63,853 nucleotides of DNA, filler included, from Choristocarpus tenellus KU-1152 (GCA_964200185.2; 12 parts of 12 records of this genome joined end to end with filler, not necessarily neighbours in it), one strand, 5' to 3'; counted from the whole stretch's first letter, positions 12,490 to 27,367 are shown. Notes: a model not told the origin generated them from the letters alone. Numbers and translations are program-made.

Positions 12490-15400
12490 CTAAAAGAGCC
12501 GCCTGGCTTCTGACAAAGGAGAAAATGCTGACCGGAAGAATGACGGCATGTCCGTTTCATCTTCCCCCAGCTCCACATTTCCCAGGTCATGTACTCGCAA
12601 GGGGGAGGCCACCCCATAGTCCGGGGAAACACCAGCGTCAGATACTGGGCTCATCACGGCTGACGATCCCAAGGGAGAGGGGAGGGGAGAGGCAGTTATC
12701 CGCGAAAGAGATGAGTCGAGCTGGTCCATCTCTCTACCTTGAAGCACCCACTCCTTCCATCGTTGCAGAGCTGTTGAAGCGTCAGACACGTAAGAGGTAT
12801 GGCTGGAGCGGAGCAGGGCACTGATCATCACCTTGCGAAGCTTTTTTTGTCGTCTGAGGAATGTCACCTGGTACAGACAGTTAAAACTCGTGAAAGTCAG
12901 GTTGTGTACGAGGTGGTAGGTTATGCATCAACACGCCTGCCACGGACCTGCTATGACTTGGTTGGATGAACAGTGGCTATCCCAAGGAAAAAACGATGAA
13001 TTTCACTTGAAACGACACCACCTCAAGCAACAACAAGCTGTGGAATGAACGGCACCTTCTAAATGCGGGATGCTATGCTATGAGGACCCAACACCCTTAA
13101 CTTAAGGGTGCATGTGACTTCTGAGGGAAAAAGAGCACAAGGGCCGTCCGTCATCAAACAATACGTCCACAATGAATAAACTCCTCTGCACCAAACCTGG
13201 GTATTTCATACAAACCTTATCGTTGGCGTCCTTAAGCTGTTGCTGGTACTTAGCCTCCTTGTCCTTGTCCTTCCACTGCTTCAAGCCCTGACGTAGCAGA
13301 ATGATAAGCAGACTTTGCAGACACTCGTTTCCAAGGGTGCCCCTGCTCCACTGATGCACCAATGTCCTCCCGTCAGCTTGTTCATCAAACTCTTCCTCGC
13401 TTACTCGTACTTGTGTCTCCCACTCACTAGACACCCTGTCTCCTCCTCTGTCTCCGCTATTCACACCCCCATACTGCTCCCCTCCCTTCATCTCCTCTGC
13501 CCCCCCTTCAATCCATAAATGTTCTCTATCAGCCCCTTCACTGCCTCTCTCCTCCTGACTTACATTGTCCCCTTGACCACCCGATTGCCCAACCTGCTCA
13601 CTAATTGGAGATCCAGTGAAAAGAGGGTCAGGGTTTCCCCCAACTGCAGAAGAGAAAGTGCCGCTCAGCCTTAGCTGCTGGTCCTTCTGGCGCTGTTCCT
13701 GTTGCACCTGCAACAGCCAATGGAGCGGACTGTCCTCAATGCCTGTCCTTTCCTCATCCCCACTAAGCATTGAATTACCTTCTGCTCCTCCCCCCACCCC
13801 CTCAATTGGAGATTGCAACTCACCTACTCCCGATTGCCATCTGCCAACACTCAACCTGGCCCCCATCAACGTGCGGATCTCTGTCCCACACTGACCCTCC
13901 TCTGAACTAGCACTGAGGGAAAGGCTTCCTTGGTCTGCATCAAAATACACCTCTTCCTCAACCTCTTCTTCCATCAGCTCTTCTGGCTCCTGCTCTACTA
14001 CCTCCACATTCTCTTGCCCTCCTGTCTCTCCTCCCTCCAGCAGGCCCACATCCATACGGAAACCTTCATGGAGGTCCAGGGCATTGCCCCCTTGCCCCAG
14101 GGCTATCATATTCTCCTGATTCTCTACAACTTCCATAGCAATAGAGGATAGGCTCAAGTCAGGGGTATCAACACTTGCGCCGTGTGGGACACTGGTGGCA
14201 GTGACCTCAGCACGAGAGGAAGCCGTTTGGACAAGCTCAGTCCAAGTACTCCAAGCCCTCATCATACGCATCCTTTGAGCTCGCCTCTCCACTTGTCTCA
14301 CCACACTGGCAATACGAAAGTGTATGATCTCCGTTTGACGTGCCTCCAAATCGGCAGCCACTTTGGTCTTCTCCCGCCATGTGGAAAGAGCCCATCCGAC
14401 ACCCCGCCTCTGTACAGAACAAACTACCGAGGTCATGATGAGTACACCTACCTTACGATTAGCCATGGAGACCCGCAGATCCGCAATGACACGCTCGTTC
14501 TCCTCTGCGCAACCAGATGCCACCATTGCCCTCCACATAGTCCATGCTCGATACCGTTTAGCAGTGACAGATCGTGACAACACAAAGACCAGTCGACGGA
14601 CTCCAGCCTCCCTCTGCGATTCGCGCACACGCACGCTTACATTCACATAGCAGCGCCACTTTGAAAACACAGCCCCACAACTCTCTCTCCGCCGTCGATC
14701 CATCAACCTGAACATGAGTCGTGCCACGAACAAGCGCTGCTTGCGATCAGCTTCCCTCTTCATAGCCCTGGCCACGCTAAGTCTGCCTTCTGCCACATGC
14801 CGTTCCTTGACAGTATCCTTGCGGAGGAAGTATACCCAAACGCCCCACGCGCGAACAACCCTCTCCCTCCAGACTCGCCTCTCCACTCGCGCAAGCACAC
14901 TGGCAAGATGAAAGTGCATCTCTATGTGGCGCCACTCCGAAGTGGCAGCCGCTTTGGTCTCCTCTTGCCACCTTGAAAGGGCATGGCCCACGGACCTGTG
15001 CTGTGCGGCACTCAGCACCGACACCATGAGGAGGACCCCAGCCTTCCTGCCAGTGTCCGATAACTGCACCCCTGCCTTAGCCCGCTCGTTCTCTTCCACA
15101 ATAGCACATGCCACCTTAGCCCTCCACGTGGACCATGCTCGTGACTGGCTGATGACAGCAGACTGGGAGAGCACGGAGGCCAGTCTACAGGCTCCGGCCT
15201 CCCTCTTCATCCTACGTAGAAGTGTGCTACCAGCCTGAAGCTTGAACGTCATGACACAATCACGCAACAGAGAAAATGCAGCCCCCTGCCTCGCCCTCTC
15301 CCATCGTGTCACCAAGCCGAATACAAGCCGCGCACCAAGTAATTGCCGCCTGCGGCAAGACTCTTTCGTGATTGTCCTGGCCACACTGAGCTGATCCTCC

Positions 15401-18400
15401 ACCTTTAGTCGCCCCTTGGCAGTCCCTTTGTGAACAAGGTCGATCCAGGACCTCCAGGCCCGGGTTGCCAACTTCCTCTTCACCCGCCTTTCCACCCGAG
15501 TGAGCACACTCGACAGGTGCAAATGCATCTCCTCATGGCGCTGCTCGAGATCGGTTTGTGCATCGACCCCTTCTCGCCACATTGTAAGAGCCCAACATAC
15601 AGCCCGCTGCCGTGCCGCTCTCAACACAGATGCCATGAGAAGGACACCTGCCTTCCTCTCAGTGTCAGACACTCGCACATCTGCCATAGTACGCTCCTTC
15701 TCCTCCGTAGCAGCAGATGCTGCCCCAGCCTTCCACACAGTCCATGCTCGTGATTGGCTAGCAGTGACAGACCTAGACAGTACGGTAGCCAACCTGCGGG
15801 CTCCATTCTCCATCCTTGACCCCCGAAGCTGTATATTACTAGCCTGTAACTTAGCGACACTTACCCCACGGTGCCAAATGGAGAACGAAGCCCCCTGTTT
15901 CGCCCGCAGTTGCCGTGACAGCATACAGAAAACGATCCGAGCACCCATTAAGCGCCGTTTATGCATGGCGTCCTTCTCTTTTGCGTAGTATATGCTCCAC
16001 GAGCCAAACAACATCACCTTTTGGAAGGCTTCCCTCACAAGGCGCCTTCGCCTTTGCTCATCCAGACGCACGAATGCCTTGGACATCGCCTTGACCTCAC
16101 CAGCATAACGACACCATGTGGCCACTGCAGATCCCTGTAACCTCCTCTCCCGCCGCAACACCACGCCAAACAAGAGACGCCCCCCAAGCAAGTGCTGCTT
16201 GTGGCGGGACTCCCCCTTGATTGCCCTTGCCACATCAAGCTGACCCTCTAACGTGATCCGCCCCTTGACAGCAGCATTGTGGATTACACATATCCAGGAC
16301 CTCCACGCCCGAGCTGTCCGTGTCCTGCGAACCCGCCTCTCCACCCGGGAAAGCACACTAGCAAGGTGGAAATGCATCTCCATGTACCGCCACTCCAAAC
16401 TGGCAATTGCCTTGGTCTCCTCCCGCCATGCCATGAGAGCCCGCCCCACAACCCGCTGCTGCAACCCACTCAGCACAGACGCCATGACAAGGGCGCCTGA
16501 ATTCTTGTTAGCCTTGGACAAGCGTAACTTGGCCCTCGCGCGTTCACCGTCCTCCACAGCAGCAGATGCCACCACAACTCTCCAAGCAGTCCAAGCTCGC
16601 GACCGACTGGCAGCAACATACTTCGACAACACGGAGGTCAGACAACGGACTCCAGCCTCTCTTCTCGACCCCTTCAGGAGTCGAATCTTAGCCTCGGTGA
16701 CACTGCGTTGCCACAGAACAAACGCATCCCCCTGCCGTACCCGCAGCTGCCGTGACAGCATGGAAGACACCAACTGCGCTCCCAGCACATGCTGCTTGTC
16801 CCGTGCCTCTCCCTCCCTTCTACGGAATATACTCCATGATCCAAACACAAACAACGTTTGGAAGGCCTCTCCCATTAGACGCCTCCGCCTTCGCTCATCC
16901 AGTCGCACCAGAGCTTTCGACTTTGCCTTGACCTCAGCAGCACAACAACGCCACAAGAGAAACGCAGAACCTACTCTTGCCCTCTCTTGCCGCAATAGTA
17001 CACCCAACAAGAATCGCGCTCCTGCCCCGTGCGCCTTGTGCCAAACTTCAACCTCTTCCTCCTTCCGCACTGCCTCCCTAACCCTGACCTTCCACTGCCA
17101 GAATGCCCGGAGACGTGCATCCCAGACCATGCGGCCAAGGACTGAAGCAATCATTGCTGCACCTCGTTCTTCCTTCTGTGCCACCTCCCTCCTTGCTTTT
17201 TCCTGCTTGACAACCATAGACACCCCCCTCAGGATCAGCATTTTCCAGGCTCTGCTCTGGCGGCGCTGGCACGCCCTGACCAACACAGAACGCAGCCTCC
17301 ACGTTGCTGCCTCTTTTTGCACACGGGTGCTGTCCACCTTTGCCAAGGAATGGACAGTTCGGCCCCACTGTCTCAGGGCTCTCGATTCCAGCCTCTTCCG
17401 CCGCCTCTCCATCACCCGCTGCATTGCCCCCACCAGACCCCGCCACCGGTGCACCATCAACACTGCCTCCTCCTGGTCCCTTTGCACATTAAGCGCAGCG
17501 GACGCCCAAATCCTAAAGGCTCTCCTCTCCAATCCCTTACGCCATCGACGGAGGCAGTGTCCAAGTACCACCACACCGTGCTCAGTCCTCATCCATGCAG
17601 CACGAGCAACCAAGGTCTGCTTGGCCCATGCCCTCAGAACTTCACCCAGGCAGCGCCGGCGCGATCTTGCCACCAACGTCGCCACGGCACACATCTGCAC
17701 CCGTAATTTCCTCCTCACAGCCTCTGCTGCACATATCCCCAATTTGAACCGGCTCAACCCAGCGGAGAGGCTTCGCCGCCTCAAGCTCAAAAGGCACCGC
17801 CAGATACTCAGAGTTCGTTGCCGAAGCACCATGTCTCGCTTCCCCTCCCTCACCACAACAGCCCTCCATCGCATCCATGAGTACAACACGCTGTTCGCAC
17901 CTCGGCGGAGGACACACCGCCGTAGCAGGAGCGCCCCTGACCGAACCTGGCATTGGCCGTCAAATACGCCAGCACAACATTTAGGAGGGAAGCATGGATG
18001 GGGTATAGAATTAAAGGAGAGGGTGAGAGTACAGAGGGACACTGTTGCTAATGGGGGCAAGAAAATAAGAAGGAATGGAATGGACACAGGTGCAGGGTCG
18101 AGTTACCCCTGACGCTCAGACCTCAGTGTCCATTCACATCACTTACTCTACTGTACAGGAGGGAAATTCGGCCTTTGCCAAAAAATGTAAGCAATTGCAA
18201 CACAACCCCACTAATCCCGTCTCTCCCCTTCCCGCCCTCCTCCTCCTCTCCATCTTTGACGCAATGCCCAAGTCCTGTCATGCGGACAGACTATACAAGA
18301 CAGACTTCCAAGGCCTACCAAATTCTGACCCCGAACTTGCCCTCTGCATTTGACACTACACATTACTAATCCACACCAAAAATTTCCCAAACCACAAATT

Positions 18401-21400
18401 GCCGCAATACCCTCACGCATCACATTCATCGCCAACACAAGCGCTCTCTTATTCATCTCACCATCTATCCAAACCAACCATCCCCTCCCCCCTCCCCCCC
18501 AATTCAATCTCCCCAAATCTCTTCTACTCCTCATACCCGTGCAAAACCAGCATCCTCCGCCTGGGCAGTCCTCTCCTCGGTCTCTCGCAGAGCATCCCTT
18601 AACACACACCGAGATGCTGCCACCCTCCACACCACCAACCCCCGTATCAACCGGAGCCTGTCCCTGTGCTCCACTAGACGATCCGCCAGCATTGCAGCGT
18701 GGAAAATCTTCTCCACACGACGATCCTTGCTGACCTCAGTCTCAACCTGCTCCTGCACAATGGCCTTCCACCCCATCCAAGCAGACAATACACGGCGATG
18801 CCTGTACCTGATCAGGAGGCCTGTCAGCACTGACTGGACTGCCACACTTCGAGTGCGGTCAACCGTGCACTGTGCCCCAACCAAGCGCAATGATAGGAAC
18901 GCCTCCCGGAGTCGAACTCCACGGGAGTGGTGGAAGATGGCAACAGCTCGAGAGAGAATGACGCGGTCCTTTCTTGCACGTCCCATGAAATGCCATGCCT
19001 TGCTCAGGCGTGCTCTAGGGGAGGAAGGGACACACGGTCAGTCTTTTTGGAAGTATGGGGAGAAGTGTAGGTGTGAGAGCGAGTGAGAGAGGACGGGGTG
19101 ACTACAAGGGCGATTGCGGAAGGTTGTGGGGTAGGGGAGAGGCCAAGGCACAGGGAGAATGGTAAGTATCTTCTATCAGAAATTGAAGCTCAAATACTTA
19201 TTTCAATGATTGAGTGCAGGAATGGACAACCAAGGGCAGAGAAGTTAGGCGTTTACACAGGGCCTAATAAGATTTTCTGATAATTAAAATATTAAGAACG
19301 AGGGCAAAAAGAGAGATTAAAAAAAAATCAATGTACCTTGGCAAGAACATGCTGAAATCATCGAGATTTTCAACAAACCACGACGGGTGCACTGTCTGAT
19401 CCAAAAAAAGGCACCCTAGCAAAACCACCACAAAAGCACTGACTTCATAAGAGCAACAGACCCTATTCTAAACACTCTTGAGACCAACCGCTCCACGTTA
19501 GTCCCCACCTCACAATCTCTTGTTCCCTCCATACCTGTCACTGCTCGCCAAACACCTCGAGAGTATCCGCACAGCGCAGTCAACCCTAACCACATCCATC
19601 TGCGCCCTGAGCTTGCTGCACTCTTCATCTGCTGCACAAGTCGACTCAACAAACAGTTCACGAACCCGTCCGTCCCGCACAAGCCCAGTCCACACGCCCC
19701 ATGCCCTCATCACCCTCCTCCACCGGCTGCGATCTGCCACCATCGACAGCAAAATTGCACCTGCAGCGATAGCCCTCTCACTCCCTCGCACAGCCTCCAC
19801 TCGGGCCTCCTTGCAGGGCGTTACTAATGCTCCCCACACCTTCCGGACTCGCCGCTGACACACCCGCTTACCAACAGAAGCCAGGAGCCTCACCGCCCTG
19901 CGACGTTGCTCCTGGGCCACGGTCGTCCGCTCTCGAGCCTCTCGTGCCCACCGACCAATCGCCCTAGCCTTGGTTCGGAGCAATGCCCGGTCAGAGACCC
20001 TACCAAGAGCCCCAGCCAGACGCAGCAACCTTTCCTTCGCCGCTCCGCTTGCGGTGGCTGCTGCAACTGCCTCCTCTGCCTTGGCCACCGTGGCTGCCAC
20101 GGCACTTGCCCGGGCCATATCCAGGCCTTCCACCAGTGTTCTCAACTTCCACAGGGCAAGTCGGCTAGACATCAACCTGACTTTTTCCCGGGATAGGACT
20201 CGTTCCAGCCGTGCAGCTCCAGAGCCAAGGTTGGAGCCCAGGAGCACCCGCTCGCGAAGGGCTGCCCACACAGCACCACGCACACGACGGACACGAGAGC
20301 GCAGGCAGCAAGCCAATGCTCGTCTACGTTGGATGAGGAGAGACTTGGTCACACTGGCAGCAGAGGTGGCACAGACCCAGGTGGTCCATGCACGCCTCCG
20401 GGAGTGCATTGCGGCAGATGCTAAGATGATTCTGCATGCTCGTAGCCCTTGAAGCTAAGGTAGGGAGGAGGACACAGGTTGCCAGTAACAGGGACATCAA
20501 CATCCCATTGGGGAGAGATAGAGAGCAGGATAAGGGCAGGTGAGGAAGGGGTTGAAAAGACTACACCCTTGGGTTTTATGTTCTAGGTGAGGTCTGGTGC
20601 ACCCACCAGATTTACAGAAATCCAAACAAACAAATAAAAAAGACTCTGCACAAGAATAAAAATTTCAAATGGAAAAGGATAGAGGGAGTAGAGTAAAGAT
20701 AAGAAAAGAACACAGGTTGCCCAACACCACACACTCTCTAGTGAAATACTGGTACCGGGCACATGCCTGGTTGTGGAGTTTCAAGTCCATTGCGTCCTGC
20801 TCAGGCTTCCGTGCACCGGTAAGGTTTGGTGCTTCATCTGCAGTCATGACTATTTTCTGTGCAAAAAGGGAACAGTAACGATGATTAGCAGTGGAAAGCA
20901 GAGACAAAACGTTTATGACCAGATAAGGCAATGACAGTGGCAATGACAGTTACAACTACAATATTGACAGAACAGGGGGGCAGGGGATCACAGCCCTTGA
21001 GTACAGTCTAATGCCATTAGAGGAGCGATGTATTCCTGTCAAATATGCAAAAAAAAATCAACACCTCTTCTTGCACTCTCCCTTTCCTCCCTCTCAATCC
21101 TTCCAAAATTTCCCTTGCCATCTCCATCCAGTCCCCTTCCCCATTTCCAAACCCCCAAATCAGCTGCTCCCTACCCCCCTTGCCTCCCTCGAAAGATTCA
21201 GTGGAATCACCTGCAATGGAGCCCCATCCCTATCAATACCAGCACTTTCCAGCCGGACGGCTTCCTCCCGTGACCCAATGGCCCGAACACATGCCCTCCA
21301 CTTCCTAACAGCATTGTTAAGGCGCCGATATTCACGGTGGCGTAGAACTGCAGCCAAGAGGTTCGCCCCAGCAAGACCAAGCCGCCCTGCACCCCTCTCC

Positions 21401-21788
21401 TCCACTTCAGCAGCAGCAGCAATGGCAGCAGCTGCAGCCTCTGCCTGGGCCTGAGCTTCTGCATGCGTCTGAGCCGCAACCGACCTCACGGCGAGGATCT
21501 CCTTAGAGGCGGCCCCTTCCGCAGCCGACTGTGCCGCCACAGCACGGGAAGCTCGCGCCTTTGCAGCAGCAGCTTCAACAGCAGCAGCTCGGGCAGCTGC
21601 GGCCCACTCGGCGGCACTCTTCATGGCAACAGCTTCAGCGGCCTCAGCAGCTTCCGCACGAGCCAACGCAGAGCGCGCAGAGGCTTCGGCTTGTGTAGCG
21701 TGAACAGACTTCTGTTCCCTCTCTGCCTCCGCCAGGGCAGCTCGCTCGCTTTTCGGAGGGTGTCAGCCGGGGCGGCGTCAGGGGGGGG
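12490..21788 (-). CDS. Giant Arg/Trp-rich alpha-helical Sfi1-repeat-like (putative centrin-binding) protein, 5'-partial. Exons 21211->21788, 20767-20856, 19535-20454, 18537-19014, 13216-17946, 12490-12867 (stop)
   Basis: Phases are compatible at every junction (one donor is GC). About 7.2 kb of open frame carries recurrent (R)AF/AW..W motifs like Sfi1 repeats, an acidic low-complexity region and an Ala-rich coiled coil. The family assignment is by motif only. Confidence 0.75.
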
Positions 21789-22846
21789 NNNNNNNNNNNN
21801 NNNNNNNNNNNNNNNNNNNNNNNNNNNNNNNNTTAATTAATTAANNNNNNNNNNNNNNNNNNNNNNNNNNNNNNNNNNNNNNNNNNNNTTTTCGCAAAAA
21901 ACCCATCCTCATAGTCCCGCGCCTTCCTCAATTTTGAGATTCCCCTGTTATAAGAACTACTGACTGCCAAGATTGTAGTTTTAGAGCTAGATGCAGAAAG
22001 AAAGAGAAACGACAGAAAACACCTAACGGGGGGTGTATGGGTGGTAGTATAGAGAGGGGAAACAAGACATAGAAACAGCCATTGCAATCTAAGCTGCAGA
22101 AGCAATCGAGTTTCCTGGACAAGTTTCCAGGTTGTGAAAGTCATGGCGGGGGGAAGGAGTGAAGCCAAATACTGTTTTTGGTGTAAAATCCCTTTGTCGA
22201 ACATATGATCCACACCAACCCTAACCCTAACTGTTACATAGGAGATAGTGAAAGCAAACAACAGCAAGCACAAGAGATGTAAAAAGTCGATGCAACCTTG
22301 CTTGCCTAGGAAACAAATCAGCCATTTTATTTTATTTCCTTCCAAACGCAACTACATACTTGTTCTGCCCATTGTTATGGAAGGCGGTATCATCCCATTT
22401 TATCCCCTAACACTGGGGGATTGTGACAGACAAAAAAGATAAATAGTGATTGATGCCAAGACTCAGTGTAGGGTTAGGAAATGAGGGGGATATTATTGTA
22501 CTTATTTGGCTGGGGTTAGTCCTGTATGAATTGAAGACTAAAGTCATGATAATGATAATGATATAGCAACAATAGAAATATTAATAAGATAGGAGTAAAA
22601 TGAATACGTCGTACTTGTCATCCGCAATAGGTAACGAGCATGTGAAAAAATCGTCATGATATTGTGATACAACCGTTAGACCAAGGCATCAATCTCACAC
22701 AGGACTGTGCTACTTCACGTATCTTGTGCCGATACCTATATAGCTATACCTATACCGATAGGTAGGATGAGGCACCTTTCCTCTATCTCTTTCTCCCTAA
22801 ACATGAAGTACAACCTACTGCTGTTCTTGACATTGTGTTAGAAAAG

Positions 22847-23227
22847 TGTTAAAGAAATTGGTGTTCCCAACACTTGCGTATGTAAATGACTTGTTTAATT
22901 CCTTATTGTCCAAAACAGGTTGTACATGAAGTAAGGAAAGTGTAAGGACGGAGAGTGAACTTCAAAGCTCAAAGGGGGTCATCACCTTACGATTCACATA
23001 TTCTAATAACACGTCACTCAGTCCATAATTAGTTGCTATGTTACTTGCTACAACATTCCTTTTCTAGGATTCTTCTTGTTGTACTATAATAACCCGGACA
23101 ATATTTTCGTTGTCACCTGACAAAGACATTACTATCAATTATCCCGTTATCCAACAATAGTTCAACAACTCAATGTTTCTCCAACAGAATCATATTTTAC
23201 ACATGAATAAAAAGCACAATCTTAACA
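22847..23227. mobile_element. Solo LTR with 5-bp TSD AAAAG
   Basis: aaaag|TGTTAA...AATAAA...TTAACA|aaaag; homologous to 43527-43885. Confidence 0.85.
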
Positions 23228-23775
23228 AAAAGCATTCTGTACCAATATAGTGTGAGTTAAACAAATGATAGTGCAAATATAAACTCTTCTCCCTCTTAAA
23301 CACCATGTATATTGTACAATAGAAGTGCCACATTTATCGAATATTACAATTTGGAGAACAAGATCAAAATCTTCTTGTCGACAAGAACAGGCCTCATTGG
23401 TCAAGAATTGCTGCTATTTTCACTATTTGGCAACATAATATATGTCTGTTAAAAAAAAAAGTTGGCATTTCACGCCCAATTTTTCCTCATCAGGAATGGC
23501 CCCTGGATAACTCCCATCAACACCATCAAGGACAACGTTGTAAAAAGAGGTGGTGTGACTCAGGTCTCAGACTCAGAGTGAATGCACCATATTACTGACA
23601 GCGCTACATGAGTACACCAAGTGAAAACAAAGGGACACAACAACAAGGTGATCGATGTGAATGGAAATATATGATATCGGATATGACATTATCACGATTA
23701 ATACAATGACACCTTATTCATAGTATTATTAGTAGTGTGTATATACATCTAGAGTGCTGCCCCACATCCAATTAC

Positions 23776-25642
23776 TTTGGTGAAAGTCCTGGGTTGTATC
23801 GAGCAGTCACTGATCAGAAGGGTAGTATCATGGCAAACCCTAAGGAAAAATATCCCGACAAGTTCCTATGATTTTTCTTCTACATCTCCCAACAATATCA
23901 AAGACTGCGAGATCAATCAACTGCAACCCACATCAATCTTTGAAGACATACCTCGCCGTGTGAATATAGAGCACAAATACTAATACCAAAAAATATAGAT
24001 ATGGAAGTAGCATAGTAATTACCATCACACATAGTCAATTTGATTGATTGGTTGATTAGTATATAGTAGTTTGATTCACGATTAAATACTAGTGATGACC
24101 AGAAATGAGAGCTGGAAATTGTTAACTGTGCGGGGCCAATGCATGTCCTGGAGTTATCTTTTTGTCCATCCGATTTGTACAACGATTGATTATTCAAGGG
24201 AAGTTGACAGAAATACATACAACTTGGGCACATGGACTCAAGTTAACCATAACCCTGAGCACTCTAAGCAGTAATACGAATTGTTAATAGTACTTGTTGA
24301 TATGTGTGAGTATATATTCTGCGTTGCACATATTATTCATACATCTTCTCACACAACAGTCCAGGAGCCCAGAGCCATCTATGTGTATCCTGGAGACTAC
24401 AAGAGGAGGTTGTCGACATTGTGATGCATATGCACCAGGGCAAGATTGATTTTAAAATGGGGAAGGAGGGAAAAATGAGTAGCGATGTCAGCACATGTTT
24501 TGTTGTGAAATTATGGATTGTTGAGGAGGGGGGGGTTATGAGAATGCTTTTCATGGCATACAACACAATAATGTTGAGAAACTACTTCAAATACCCTTAC
24601 ACACAACAGAAAAACATGACTCTCCGAAGATAGCAATTGCTTGATGAAGAGTAAGAAAGTTGAACTCCGATCCTCTCCAATTCTTAGATAGCTTTGTTAA
24701 GGACTTCGTGCAGTGTGTGCAGGTATGTGCACCCTTAATGGGTTTTGTTGTGTTGTGATTGATTGTAAAGCTAGCACCAACCCCAACCCTAATACACAAC
24801 ACAAAAAAATATGGATGAGGGTTTGAGCCAAAGTAATTGAGAGATAGGCAAATTCGGACCCTTTTGCATTCTAAGCCATCTTTCTCACACTATCCAACAC
24901 ACTCTAGTCCATTTCATATGTTACAACAGTGTACGCACAACTGATCCCACAACTGATATTCCCCCTTACCACACATGAAGTGACACCACATTTCAACAAA
25001 GGTTAATTCTGCAATTATACAAAATGGCGTCATTTTGCCCTTTTTTGCCTGACAATCTGTACCACACTCGCTAAAATTATAGTGTTTTAAGAGTACCTAG
25101 AAAATTAGCTTCCAAGACTGATTTTTACGTCGAAATATTAATTTCTTCGACGGAATGATGGGGTATTAAATGGCTACAATCCAGTCAAAATCGAAGATTA
25201 ACATAAAAATCGTGGGGATAGATTTGATAGACTACTTCCTCGAGCTTACGCATTTTTCACACTCTGATGGGAATTCCTTTGGTTACTTTGTGTTGCGAGC
25301 ATGTTTTGATTATAACTGAATTCTTTGAGTACATCGAAAGTTTGGAACCTAATAAAATTTGTACTCACCCCAAACCGTTAAACAAATACCGCTCGCTCTT
25401 TCTGACGCAACAGAACTTAGCCAAAAATAACTCCATAAAGTACACCTCAAACCTTGCTTGAAGTAGATCACTCTCAACAGACCTCCAGATATCCATCGTC
25501 TCAACTCCAAGGAAGAACTTCCATGTAATATAAACACATTCACCCCTCCAGAATGGGTTCAGACCGATTGCTGTCTGTGCATAAGGCGGAAAGGTGAGAG
25601 CCGAGAGAATCAGGTGTGCCTCGATTGGAGTGGCCTTGACAT
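23776..25642 (-). CDS. Possible short exons of an unidentified spliced gene (25544-25642, ~24620-24683, 24343-24389, 23776-23839)
   Basis: Phase-compatible AG/GT-bounded pieces: DVKATPIEAHLILSALTFPPYAQTAIGLNPFWR|ELERIGVQLSY..|DTHRWLWAPGLLCEKM|VCHDTTLLISDCSIQPRTFTK. No family recognised. Confidence 0.3.
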
Positions 25643-26306
25643 CTGAGAAGTATGGAGAATTTGGGAAGGGAGGGGCATTTTTCAACACACGCTACCACTT
25701 CCATGCCCTACCTCAAGACAACTGTTGGTTAACTGTTGTATGCACCCTTAAGCCAATCAACATATATTCATAAACCAGACCTCAAGAAAACTATGGAACC
25801 TCTCCTGTGAATTAGCTTTAGCGAAAGCCAAAAGTGAATGTCAAATACCCCCTCTTACATATCACACAAAAAAGGCGCTGCAAAAGAGAAAATACTAACC
25901 CTAACCCTAACCCTAACCCTAAGGGCAACATATAAATATAATTAAGAGACTAAGAAACTATTAATCATGTATCCAAGTTAGAGGATTAAAGGGGTAACAA
26001 ATCCTTCAGATAATAACTGGAGCTTTACAACCGAAGAGAAACGAACAACTTAAAAGGTGATACTTCTCACATTTACTCAGTAACTGTGCATCTTATCGCC
26101 TTCTGTGCCCACGGGGAAAAAAACACGAATGTGCAGACTATTTTACAGAAGAACCATAAAATTGAGGTAGGAAATTAGAGCCTAGAGAGAGCAAATTTAA
26201 CCATAATAAGCTATGATAGGGTACAATTGGGATCTGGTTTATGATTTGGACACTATTTGGTAGTTTGTTCTCTATTACAAGGTATTTCTATTGGGTCAAA
26301 GTATCT

Positions 26307-26349
<43 letters not shown>

Positions 26350-27367
26350 CGGGAAAGTGTTTTTTTTTTTTTGTGGTGGGNNNNNNNNNNNNNNNNNNNN
26401 NNNNNNNNNNNNNNNNNNNNNNNNTTAATTAATTAANNNNNNNNNNNNNNNNNNNNNNNNNNNNNNNNNNNNNNNNNNNNGGGGTGTGGGAAGGGCGTTC
26501 CGAACGACTGTTTCTTTGGGTGGGGGGTCTGCGGGGGGGGATTTGTTTTTTGGGGGGGGGGGGGGGGGGTATGCAGGGATTGATTGTGATAGTGCGTGAT
26601 GTTGCTGGTAATGATTCCAATGCAAGTGGATGTATTGAGTGGAGTAATTGTAAGAAAATGTGTCAAATCATTGAGTATGATGGGTGTTAGAACCAAGTAC
26701 ATGGCAGGACTGAGCATGGTAGTTGTAGGAATTGAGTACTTGATAGGAGTGAATAAGATTGTTTGAAGGACCAGTTGCACCATGTCACTGAATATGGTGT
26801 GTTCTAGTCTAAAGAACTGTTATTAGAACCAAGAATGTTGACTCGACCAAATATGGTAGTTGTATCAACTAAGTGCTTTGTAAGATAAGGTCCATGTCCG
26901 GTGGGTGGAGCAGGGACTTTTGATATCAGGACCAGGTGTGGTGTTTTGAAGGACCAAGTACTTCATGAGTGTGTGTACTGCTGGACCTTGGACTTACGCA
27001 TGGTACTAATAAAATATTGTAAGATCATAATGAGATCATGATGTTGAATAATTTCGCGTGAATTTGACACATAAGACATATGTGTATATAATGAGGACAC
27101 ATATGACACAGTATGAACATTGGTGGTACTTGTTCTTGCTGACGCTACAGTAGTTTTTGATGTTCCAATGTTCAGATCGCAAGTGCGCTATCGCAATAGC
27201 TTTGTGAGACAATGGCACCAATGACACCATGGACCACGGTTCAAACTTCGCTTTGTTGGTCGATGCTGACCCTAACCCTAAAGCCTTTTTTTTATACTTC
27301 TCTGATTCTCACCTTCTCTGATTCTCACCTTCTCTGATTCTCACCTTGACCTTTGTCCTGATGACAG

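Noticed and set aside
16253-18112. 619-aa plus-strand ORF and other plus ORFs over 13300-21800
   Set aside because: Antisense shadows of the GC-rich Sfi1-like exons; no independent motifs.
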